Positions 1 through 11,257 of a stretch of 64,000 bases of DNA are shown piece after piece. Under the pieces are notes generated by a model. It was not told the origin of the DNA and ran no database searches. It was given only the letters and a program-made list of their open reading frames with translations. The stretch is from Sphagnum compactum (lineage: Eukaryota), in contig OZ234493.1 in NCBI GenBank assembly GCA_965153455.1, forward strand, positions 26,216,213 to 26,280,212, in the 5' to 3' direction. Positions within the stretch are counted from its first letter, which is position 1; every line of letters begins with the position of its first letter. A program made the position numbers and the translations under genes.

Positions 1-169
1 TTCAATTCAATTAAATTTAAATTTGGTTTATGAGTTTCTTTTTAGCTTGAAAGTCCTTCAAAGCACTAAGGTTGTTGGAGGGGATGGTTTCTACTCAGTG
101 TTGGGGGATTACTAAAAATTGCACCAAACCCCAATTGGGTATCATGGTGGTTCTTTGGATTTGTAACTA

Positions 170-306
170 TGGTTCTCAAAAAATCAACTACCCAATTTTG
201 ATATATGATCACAATTTTTCAAACAAATCAAGTATCCAATTATGACATATAATCACAATTATCAAAAATCCAAGTACTCGATTTTGATATATAATCATGA
301 TTCTCA
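170..306. repeat. Degenerate ~40-bp tandem repeat, about 3 copies, probably subterminal repeats of a decayed transposon
   Basis: The motif tcaaaaaatcaa(c/g)tacccaattttgatatat(g/a)atcac recurs three times with mismatches. Confidence 0.5.
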
Positions 307-1282
307 ATTCTAGTTTGATTGGACCATCACCAACTTTTTTGAAGCATTGGGCACTCACCTAAAATAAAAGCACATCTGTGCTTCCCTTTGGCTCACCTTT
401 TATTTATCATCATCTTGGGGAACACATTGAGCTTGGGAAACCATTTGAGAAATTGATGGGAGGAACCAAAAAACAACAAAAAGTGTTTCCAAGGTAAATT
501 CCATTCATTTTGCTAATAGTTTGAAAAAAAATTAGCAAATTTTCAATACAAAAATAAATAAAAAATCCCTCAAACGAAGGGGGATTACCTAAGATAGTGA
601 TCACGGCATGAAAAATAGAATACAAATTCTTCATGCTTTAAGAATTGTGGTGATCCCCAAACTAAAACTTAACTCTTTCTCTTTTATGTTAGTGAAGGTA
701 ATATTTTTTTATTGTTACAATTTTTCCACTTGTGTTTTTAAGAGTTTGTTTATTTTGGTGGAGTAGGTTATACGTGCTTGTGTATTCTTGATGTGTGCAT
801 GATTGATCATTGATCAAAATATTGTATATTTAGCTTGGTTTATGGAATCATTAATTAATTTTGAAGATTTCACGTCAAAAAAAATTATTCCTGAATATTT
901 TAAAATATTTTCTATTTTCCTTCAAAAAATAATTTTCTTTGAAAAAAGTACTTTATGAAGATTTCTGCATTTTTTACATATAACATAACCTTTAATGGGA
1001 ATGGTTGACCTTTAATAGTCATAATGTCCAAAATGGACCTTGATATAACTTATTAAATCATCATCATGGGTTTGCAACTTTTAAAACAGGAAGGTGACTC
1101 GTTATATCATCATTTAAATTATTTATTGGAAGGATTTTGATTTGATTGATATTTATTTTAGGCCAACGATTCTACATGATGGGAGTTTGGGTTGAATAAT
1201 TTGAAAATAAAATAAAATAAGTATTTCCATTGGTCAACAAAGCAGAATTACTTGCCAAGTATATAGTTCCAAAAGTTGGAAC

Positions 1283-1826
1283 CAATGTTGTGTGTATAAG
1301 TGTAAATGGGTGTGTAAATGAGGTTTAAAACACTTGCACAACTTTGTATAAAATAAATTGGTCTTCTAAATGGAAAAGGGGGTAACCTTAGGATCTAGCT
1401 TTTTGTAGGATTTTTGAGATCATGTATAATGCATTGCCCACCATAGTCATTGCTATTGCAAGCTTAGGAGCTTGCTTTGCTTGTGAGTTTCACATTTTCT
1501 ATTTACACTCTTATTTACACTTACATAGCATAAAGCAACATAAATGTTGATGTAAATTAAAGTCTAAGTATAGAATAATTCAAAAAATTATAAATGAAAA
1601 ACAATGCAAAAAAAATGTAAGTGTAAAAAAAGTGTAAAATAATATAAGTTTAAGACTTGTAAATGTTTTACACTTACATTTATATGTCACTTCCTATACA
1701 TTTACACTTGCACTTACACTTTTCTAAACAAACTTTATACACTTACATGACATGTAAAAGATATTGCCAAATTGATTTACACTTACACATTGCGTAAATT
1801 TAAAATCATTTACACACACAACACTA
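1283..1826. mobile_element. Non-autonomous hAT-type element (MITE), ~544 bp
   Basis: Terminal inverted repeats are caatgttgtgtgt...gtgtaaatga (left) and tcatttacacacacaacacta (right). A perfect 8-bp target-site duplication GTTGGAAC flanks them at 1275-1282 and 1827-1834. An 8-bp TSD with CA(G/A)TGTT termini is typical of hAT. The interior is rich in tgtaaa/tttaca subrepeats. Confidence 0.8.
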
Positions 1827-3129
1827 GTTGGAACTCTCAAACTACACACATTCACACTATGTTATTGTACTTCTAATAGATCCATCACACATGTCAAAAT
1901 GATCTCCTCTCTCCAAATCCTTCCTCCTTTAGGTAATTAACCATTATGGAGATATTAAATGACAGTTGCTTGAGGCTTAGATCCTATTTTCTTTCTACTC
2001 TCTTTTCCTTACACTTATTTTCTAATTACTATAACAGTTTTTCCTTGATAATAAGGGGGTTAGGTAAGCAAAATCAACCTTACTTAGATAAGTCTTGTAA
2101 TTACCTACTACAACAATAACTACTATAACCCATTTTTTGCCCTTAACAACCAATTTTTACTCCAAGTCTTGGCATGAATACAACCATCAATGTGTACTCA
2201 TGGGATGTGGAGGACAATCCTTTCATGTAGGCAACCTAAATTGTGGGTAATTCACAAAATTTGAAGGATCATTTCTTGTTTCAGGAATAAGCCGATTTGT
2301 TAAAGTTCAATTTCGGTGCACAACCAATTGGACATGCCATAAATGTCATCCATATCCCTGGAAGGGATACTTTTTTTAAATTTTACAAAATAGTGAATAA
2401 AAAATATAAGGTCTCATATATTGATTATTGCATAAAAATTATAATTTAGTTAATTTCATAATAGAATTATGTTTAAACTAAAGACCAAAATATAATTAGT
2501 TTAGGGTATATGTTAATTCATGGTCTTATTAAGAATACATAAATATAAAATCTGTATTTTTAATTAATTAATTGTTAGTAGGTTCAATTAGTAAATTATG
2601 AAATCATAACTCATGAACTTTTATATGTTTTCCATTTGTCTATTAAATCTTGCATCCTTTGCCTATTATCAATGGAAGCCTTGTTTGATTATTGATTATT
2701 TCCTTAGAAACAAGTCTGTTCAACATTGTCGTAGGATAATAACTTTACTAAATGATTCATGTGCCTCCTTCTTTCATTTCCATCTATCATTCATAAATTA
2801 AATATGATTTATTGTTTAGTTTGACTATTAAAATCATAAATTTGTTTAGACCATTTTTTCCATTTTTTGAGAAAGTTTTCTCAAATTCACACTATTAAAA
2901 CGAAATTTCCCAGTTTCTTCGGAAAAACAACTTGTAGCCCCAGTGTGAAAATTCACCCAGAAAAATCACTGCTCTGTACAGGGGTTTTTTGCCACTCGGG
3001 ATTTATTTGCTACGACCGTACATGTAATTTTTCCTTCTGCCCCCAGGCTCCTCCGAGGATCATTGCCACTGGGCAGGGCAAACCAGCACCTAAACTGGTA
3101 CACTCACCTTCTTGAGTGAGGCCTCTGGA

Positions 3130-3157
3130 GTTTAGGGTTTAGGTTTAGGGTTTCAGG
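3130..3157. repeat. Short interstitial telomere-like repeat (TTTAGGG-like)
   Basis: The sequence reads gtttagggtttaggtttagggtttcagg. Confidence 0.6.
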
Positions 3158-3624
3158 TTGTAGTAGATTCAGAGGCCCTGATTTTGTCTAAGGACACTAC
3201 ATGTATCTATAATGTTTTGAAGCTGCCCCCAAAAACTTTGGGATTTTCACGTTGGTTCTAATGTAGGCCAGGTTCACCCAACCAAGGCAACTTGACCCCG
3301 CAAACAAAGCCCATTTAAATTGCTCGTAAATGTTCTAAGTATTTATAAATATCATTTCCCTAGACCGACTAAATTAGGGTCCCAAAGTCCTAATCTATAA
3401 ATTTTGGGGCCTAATATGGCCATTTGAATGGGTTTTGGGGATTTTTACAGTGATCCCAATGTGGAGGTCAATTCACCCTGGCCTGGCCGGTTCGCCCAAG
3501 GCCCAATGAATCATGCATTGCCTGCAACATGAGCTCTGGCAGAGCGCTTCAATAATGCACTGGCTGAAATCAGCCAGCCAACAGCAGGAAACGTGTGGAT
3601 CACTAATTTGTTGGGTCAGTTTTG

Positions 3625-3850
3625 AGATATAGCCCAAGTGGCTATCATCGGTAGGAAGATTTAGTCAGATTTGGCTATGAGCTAAATATGGCATTCGAAA
3701 TTTTTTAACATATTTCTCTTTTATTGGCTACCTACTTGAAACTCATGTGTGGAACTCTGACGATTTTTCTTTGAATTTGGTTGAATTTTGGCTATTGAGA
3801 ATCTCAAAAAGCATTTGATTTTAACACTTTTTAAATTGATGACTTAGCTT
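3625..3850. repeat. Dispersed repeat family member (probable non-autonomous DNA element), with related copies near 37700-37790 (reverse), 55900-56100 and 61700-61800 (reverse)
   Basis: The core tatagcc(c/a)a..gtggc(t/a)atcatc..taggaa(g/a)atttag(t/c)ca.a.ttg.ctat occurs at ~3628 and ~55901. Its reverse complement occurs at ~37725 and ~61770. Confidence 0.55.
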
Positions 3851-4294
3851 TTTTTCAGCTCTGGATTTTTAGTAAAAGAAAGGTTGGTGTGTGGATGTGA
3901 ACAAAAGTCATGATGATAATCATGGGCCAAGAAATCGGTAAAGCGCGTATGCTACAGTCTGAAGAGTCCCGGCAAAACCGTTCTAGAAGTTTCTGGGGGA
4001 GGAGAAAATGAAGAAGAAGAAGAAACATCCGGGAGAAAAGTCGAGAAAGGAGTAAGAAAAGAGAGTGGGAATTCCAGGGAGATCGTGAAGAGGAAAGGGG
4101 TTGATGTTTTTTGGGGAGATCTAGTGGAAAGATCAGCTTAGCTTGCGGGAATCTGTGATGTGAGGGACACCCATCATACCTTGTGTATGCTATTGGGATG
4201 GCAAAGGATTTGTAGCAGGTTTTATGAGAGCAAAAGGTTAAGAGAAAAACATTTATCACAGCAGTGAGCAAAAGGAATTTCAGTAGTGCGAAAT

Positions 4295-7200
4295 ATGGGA
4301 AATTCATATGGCCTCAAGGGAAAAGGAGTTGATCTTTCACAAGGGCCACCAAAAAGAAAGAGAGATGTTGGGCGGATCCCTGCTGCGACCGAGACACCTT
4401 CGGTCCCCGCTGAAAATCCTCCTTCAAGCTCTGGATGGCACAGCAATGTGATGCTTCTTCTTAATTTTATAATGAGCTTTCTTTGCACAGTTTTTTCTTG
4501 GGCTTTCCCATGGAAAGATGTTGTGCAGATACCTGCTGCGATTGAGACACCTTTGGTCCCTGCTGAAAATGCTCCTTCAAGCTTTGGAGGGCACGGCAAT
4601 GTGGTGCTTTTTCTTACTCTTATGATGAAGTTTCTTTGCACAATTTTTTCTTCGGCTTTCCCAAGTTACATGTTTAAGTTTGATTTTTCTTTGCTTTTTT
4701 AATTTTGTTTGGGTGTTGACAATTTTCCGTGACCCATACAACAACCATAGCTTATTGTCATGACAAAGCATCAAGAGAAGGAGGTCTAGTTCAGATTTGA
4801 ACTCCCAGCCAACAGCTTGGCAACCATACCCTTTAGCCACTAGGGTAACTGAATGTCCTCAATCATTTACAAGCTTCCTTGCCATACATTTTCACTTTGC
4901 CTACTTTCCAGTTTGTTTGTTTAGATAAAAACGATATGAAATGATGTTTTACACAGTAGGAAATGGAGTCATCATTATAGCCTCTTACATTAGGCCAGCG
5001 ACTCACTTGCTATAACAAGTAGGATCGGTGAAAGGGAAATTCGTCAATTGGCATTGACTAAGAATATATTGAACTTGTAAGGATTGGAACTTTCATTATA
5101 GATTATGAGTTAAGTTCAATGTGTAATCTTAATCCAACAACCAAAGGCAAATTATTAAACTGCTCTTGGACATTCTTATTGGGTTTGTGTCCCAATTCCT
5201 TAGGGGTCGGAGGCCTTAGTGGCCGAAATGTCGGGGAAAATGTCATGAAATACAAATGAACCAAACTAGATGGCTTAGTTAATCGACCCAAACTTGAAAG
5301 AATCCAATTCTGAGAATTAACCTTTATTGATGGACATATGTTCGATCTACTACGTAACAGTATTTACTTAATTGAACTATGTTTTGAAACTTTGACGCAT
5401 GTGAATGATCTTCATTTGTTAGTCCTGCAAGATACATTTGGCATTCTCCAATTCATCTATTATTGTCTTCTTGTTAGACTTAACATTTTCAATTAATTAT
5501 TTCTTTTATCTAACTACTATAATTTGTATATTGCATGTCTCCAATTTATTGTATAGTCAAATAATTTTCAAAAGATGTTTGAACAATTGTGTTGACTCTT
5601 TTTCATTTTCTTTGCAGAAATATGTAGTGCATGATTTAAATCCCACTTGTAATACCAATAATCCAAACTTGACCATCGTTTTTTTTCATGGGATTGCTTT
5701 TGGCACAAATGATGAATGGAAGGAAACATGGACAACATGCCCCACCAACAATAGAGAAGAGTGCATATGTTGGCCAGAAAAGTGGCTACCCGAAGACTTG
5801 AACAACAATGTTCGAATTTTATCATTGTCTTATGATTCTAAAATTGTGACAAGTGTTCACAATGATGTGATTGAAATTGGCAAAAACCTCATTCAAAGTT
5901 TGGTTACAAATTCAAGGTGTGACAATCTCTTCTATTTAAGGACACATTAATTACTTCTCCTTATGTATATTAAAGAAAATTGTTTAGATCTTTAGAATTT
6001 CTTAAATGTTGTGCAGGAGTTAATTGTTCATGTGTACTAGTATTGTGATACACACCAACAAGATTCAATTTATTTGAATTGTTAAATTCATGTAGGAGAA
6101 CATAAAATGGGGCTTATGTGCAAATGTTCTTGTTTGAAGATAATAACAAAGTCTATGTTCATATTATAAGTTCATGGTACAACTAGTTTGGTTTTGATGG
6201 CAAGTTTTAGGTCGAGCTTTTTGGAGTTTCATCTTTGGTAATGGAATTGAATTAAATTAAGTTCTATTAATACATGTGTAAAATTTGCATCCATTTCATT
6301 GCAAAAAAAAATTCCAAAAAGAATGTATCTTTTTTTTTTTAAAATTTTTTTTTGTTTTAACAATATTTCCAAGGTAACACAGAAGATGAATCGTGCATTA
6401 ACACAAGAATGTAAACGCCTACATACTTGAGCAATATAATTGTTTTACCAAAACATGGTTGTCACATTTTTTAGGTAAATTCATGGAATTGATAAATGAC
6501 AAATGACAAGCAAATCAATTACGGACTTATGGTTTAGGTCATGTGTGAATTGGAAAATTGTCCCCAAGTATAATAGGACAAATTTGTACATGTTAATACA
6601 ATGTTGATAATGGAATTTTATGCATTGTTGAATATTTTGTAGTTATCAATCGCTTTGGGATGGACCGGTGGCATTAATTGCTTATAGTTTTGGAGGTCTT
6701 ATACTCAAAAGCTTGGTGGTTGAAGCTCACAAACATGTACATCAAAGGTCAAAAAATACTTTGGATGATGAAGTCCACAAATGTTGTAAGACATTTTTGA
6801 ACAATGTGAAAGGTGTAATATTTTACGGTGTACCACATGTTGGCGGTACCCAATATTTATCAAATTATTTCATTTGGCAACATCAACAAATCAACACATT
6901 GAACAAGTGTGCAACCCAATCTGGTTTTTTAAAAAGTTTAAAATCTTTCAACCCACAAATGGAACACCTTTCAACAGATTTTAAAAATGCTATTCCTGAA
7001 GATGTCAACATTTATGCATTTGGTGAAGGATTACCACTCGACGAGAATTGGGTAAGATTTTCATTTCACCACATCGAAAGTTATCCAACTAAGTTCATTA
7101 ATTGAACATTTTTTGTATCGTCAAAATTTGTGTGGGATCATGTACTCAATACTTCTTAATACAATAATGTGGTGAATGGGTCATGTGTTTTATGAACTTT

Positions 7201-10200
7201 GTTTCATGAAATACTATTGATGGAAAGAAAATTTGATTGACTTCAAACATCATGAAATAGGTTTTAAATTTCGCCTTCATCAAATCAATTCCATACAAAT
7301 ATTTGTCATGAAAATCATATCATCATTAAAACATGTAAGATTAATGAGATCAAAAACCAATAACTTTGTGATTTGCTTGCCAAAAGGTTGAAGGAAATTA
7401 CTTTCACACAAAATATTTCATTGTTATTGAAACATCAATAGTTATTAAGCTATAGTTTCCACCACCATTTGGATTTACTGTGTTACTTATAAGTTCAAGC
7501 ATAGTTGAACAAACAAGTAAATGAGTTCCATTAACTTAATCTTTTGCTCATGCAGGGAATTTTAGTGCCATATGCCTCAGCTATTCAATTGTCAAACAAC
7601 AACCATTATAGAATCGAAGATGCTAATCATTTGACAATTTGCAAGCCACCAAACAAAAATCATCCAAGCTATTATTTATTGTTACAATGTTTGAGAATAT
7701 GTATGGAGGTAAAAACATCAAATCTAAGTCTTTTGACTTCATATATGTTCATGTTATTTTATACATTTTAGGTCATAGCACATTTGATGTGTATCGCATA
7801 TGCAATGTCATATATATTGATTATCAAATAAGAAAAATAACATATAAATGACCTTTGTTTTGTGAAATTTGACAGAAAAATATATTACTTCCACCTTTGC
7901 CATGTCATGAGGTGGCGTTGATTGATAAAGCAAAAGATATAAACATCTTGTTACAAAAGGAATCTATTGTTGGTTTGGTTGGAATGGGGGGAATTGGGAA
8001 AACCACTTTGAGCAAAAAATTCTATCATTTGTTCCACAACCAATATGACAAATCTAGTTTTTTGGAGGATGTGAATTCAAAGGACAATATCAATGATGTC
8101 ATAAAACAACTCCTACATGATTTGTGTGACAAAAAAATATCCAAGGATGAAAATGTGAACAAAGAAGACTTTGACAAAATTAGGCAATGTATGATATCAA
8201 AAAAAGTGTTAGTGGTGGTGGATGATGTTGGTAAAGTGGAGAACCTGTCCTTGCCAATTTTCATTGATAAGGCTGCTAGGAATGCAGCTTCTAAAAGTAG
8301 AATACTTGTGAATTGTCGAAATTGGCAAAATCTAAAATCTCACGTAAGTGAAGATGGAAAAATGATCATGAAATCTTTGGAGGAAGAGCAAGCAATGGAA
8401 CTTTTTATGTTCCATGCATTCGGTAATGCAAATCATGTTCCAACAAAATATTTCAAAGATATATGTAAGGAGATTATAAAAGCTTGTGGAGGGCTCCCTT
8501 TAAGTCTTAAAGTATTGGGTTCTTTTTTGTGCGATACTAAAGAATTGGAAATCTGGGAAGGCGCATTGAACAAATTGAAAAGTGGGCAAAGTTTCACGGG
8601 GGGCAATGATAATGAAAAACTTTGGAGTAAATTGAAGATATCTTATGAGTATTTGGATAAGGAACATCAAAGGATGTTTTTGGATATTGCTTGTTTCTTT
8701 GGTGGTTTGAAAATAAGGACAATTTGTCGAGCGTGGAATGGAGATTATTTACACCCAAAATTTGCATTGCAAAATTTACAACATAGATCTTTAATCCAAT
8801 GCGGAGAAGGTGGAATCTTGTACATACATGAACAATTACGAGACATGGGTCAAAATATTGCAATGGAACTTCCAATTATGAATCGATTTATATGGAAAGC
8901 AAATGAACCAAATTTTGTTTTACCAAACAATCAGGTTGTCACCATATTATTTCAATCTTATAATTTTATTTCGATTTTTTATGAATTTTTTTAATGTCCA
9001 AAAACAAATGTTTTAACTTTGAATCTTGATTTTATGAATAATGTTTTTTTAATAAAAATTAATAATAAGATGAAATGTTTTTTTTTATATTGATAATCCT
9101 TTTGTTTTCATTTCATGTGATAGGTGGTGGAAATTTTAGAAGGCATCTCATTGAAAAAATGTGTCAATTTGATTACATTGTCCCAAATCGGCTCCAAAGG
9201 ATTTCGTAACCTTAGGTTGGTTGACTTAACAGAAGCTTCACCAACTATTGTGGAAAATTGCATTCAAGGGCGAAATTTGAATAATGTTAAGTGGTTGTGC
9301 CTCAAAAATTGCATGATTCGAAAGTTGCCAAGTAATTTGTTTGATTGTTTACAATTACAAGTATTTGATTTGTCAGGGTGTTCCACCTTGAAAAAATTAC
9401 CTTCATCTATTGGCCGATTGAATACACTACAAGAGCTTGATTTGTCAAGGTGTTCCAATTTGAAGGAACTACCTTCATCTATTGGCCAATTGAATGCACT
9501 CCAAGAGCTCCATTTGTCAGGGTGGTCTAAGTTGAAAAAACTACCTTCATCTATTGGCCAATTGAATGCACTCCAAGGGCTTTATTTGTGGGGGTGTTCC
9601 AATTTGATAGAACTACCTTCATCTATTGGCCAATTGAATGCACTCAAAGAGCTTGATTTAAAAGGGTGTTCCAACTTGAAAGAACTACCTTCATCTATTG
9701 GCCAATTGAATGCACTCGAAAAGCTTGATTTAGAAAGGTGTTCGAACTTGAAAGAACTACCTTCATCTATTGGCCAATTGAATGCACTCCAAGAGCTTCA
9801 TTTGTGGGGGTGTTCCAATTTGAAAGAACTACCTTCATCTATTGGCCAATTGAATGCACTCCAAGAGCTTCATTTGTGGGGGTGTTCCAACTTGAAAGAA
9901 CTACCTTCATCTATTGGCCAATTGAATGCACTCCAAAAGCTTGATTTAGGAGGGTGTTTCAACTTGAAAGAACTACCTTCATCTATTGGCCAATTGAATG
10001 CACTCCAAAAGCTTTATTTAGGAGGGTGTTCCAACTTGAAAGAACTACCTTCATCTATTGGCCAGTTGAATGCACTTCAAAAGCTTTATTTGATAGGGTG
10101 TTCCAAGTTGAAAAAACTCCCTTCATCTATTGGCCAATTGAATGCACTTCAAAAGCTTGATTTAGAAGGGTGTTCCAACTTGAAAGAACTACCTTCATCT

Positions 10201-11103
10201 ATTGGTCAATTGAATGCACTCCAAGAGCTTCAGTTGTGGGGGTGTTCCAACTTGAAAGAACTACCTTCATCTATTGGCCAATTGAATGCACTCCAAGAGC
10301 TTTATTTAGAAGGGTGTTCCAACTTGAAAGAACTACCTTCATTTATTGGCCAATTGAATGCACTCCAAAAGCTTTATTTAGAAGGGTGTTCCAACTTGAA
10401 AGAACTACCTTCATCTATTGGCCAGTTGAATGCACTTCAAAAGCTTTATTTGGTAGGGTGTTCCAACTTGAAAGAACTACCTTCATCTATTGGCCAATTG
10501 AATGCACTCCAAGAGCTTTATTTAGAAGGGTGTTCCAACTTGAAAGAACTACCTTCATCTATTGGCCAATTGAATGCACTCAAAGAGCTTGATTTAAAAG
10601 GGTGTTCCAACTTGAAAGAACTACCTTCATCTATTGGCCAATTGAATGCACTCCAAAAGCTTGATTTAGAAAGGTGTTCGAACTTGAAAGAACTACCTTC
10701 ATCTATTGGCCAATTGAATGCACTCCAAGAGCTTCATTTGTGGGGGTGTTCCAACTTGAAAGAACTACCTTCATCTATTGGCCAATTGAATGCATTCCAA
10801 GAGCTTCATTTGTGGGGGTGTTCCAACTTGAAAGAACTACCTTCATCTATTGGCCAATTGAATGCACTCCAAAAGCTTTATTTAGATGGGTGTTCCAACT
10901 TGAAAGAACTACCTTCATCTATTGGCCAATTGAATGCACTCCAAAAGCTTTATTTAGATGGGTGTTCCAACTTGAAAGAACTACCTTCATCTATTGGCCA
11001 ATTGAATGCACTCGAAATGTTTGATGTAGAAGGGTGTTTCAACTTGAAAGAACTACCTTCATCTATTGGCCAATTGAATGCACTCCAAACGCTTAATTTG
11101 TAG
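4295..11103 (+). CDS. Alpha/beta-hydrolase-NB-ARC-LRR (HNL-type) NLR immune receptor, copy 1, ~1374 aa. Proposed exons: 4295-4447, 4529-4600, 5618-5916, 6643-7051, 7556-7708, 7876-8934, 9124-11103
   Basis: All joins are GT..AG and phase-consistent. SERAC1-like hydrolase motifs: VFFHG, WPEKWLPEDL..VRILSLSYDS, nucleophile elbow AYSFGG (Ser 6686), IFYGVPHVG, ANHLTICKP (His 7628). NB-ARC motifs: P-loop GMGGIGKTT, Walker B VVVDDV, CGGLPL, FLDIACFF, IHEQLRDMG. These are followed by 24 complete 24-aa LRRs. The first two exons are less certain; an alternative is a short MDICSIYY exon at 5330-5353. Confidence 0.9.
4363..4663 (+). repeat. 153-bp direct tandem duplication spanning the end of exon 1 and the start of the following intron of HNL copy 1
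   Basis: 4363-4510 aligns to 4516-4663 without gaps, encoding DVGRIPAATETPSVPAENPPSSSGWHSN vs DVVQIPAAIETPLVPAENAPSSFGGHGN. Confidence 0.9.
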
Positions 11104-11257
11104 GGGTGTTCCAACTTGAAAGAACTACCTTCATCTGCTGCTAATTGAATGCACTCCAAGAGCTTTATTGAAAAGGGTGTTCCAATTTGAAAGAACTACC
11201 TTCATCTATTGGCAATCAAATGCACTCCGAAAGCTTTATTTATGAAAGTGTTCCAAT
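9355..11257 (+). repeat. 72-bp coding tandem repeat (LRR array of HNL copy 1), ~27 units including 2-3 degenerate terminal units
   Basis: A near-invariant ~54-nt segment GGGTGTTCCAACTTGAAAGAACTACCTTCATCTATTGGCCAATTGAATGCACTC alternates with an ~18-nt variable segment. Confidence 0.97.

Noticed and set aside
5438-5617. Hydrophobic N-terminus of ORF 5438..5950 (and 15781..16293) as a signal or TM segment
   Set aside because: It has a non-ATG start and is T-rich intron sequence ending in a strong tttgcag acceptor at 5617.
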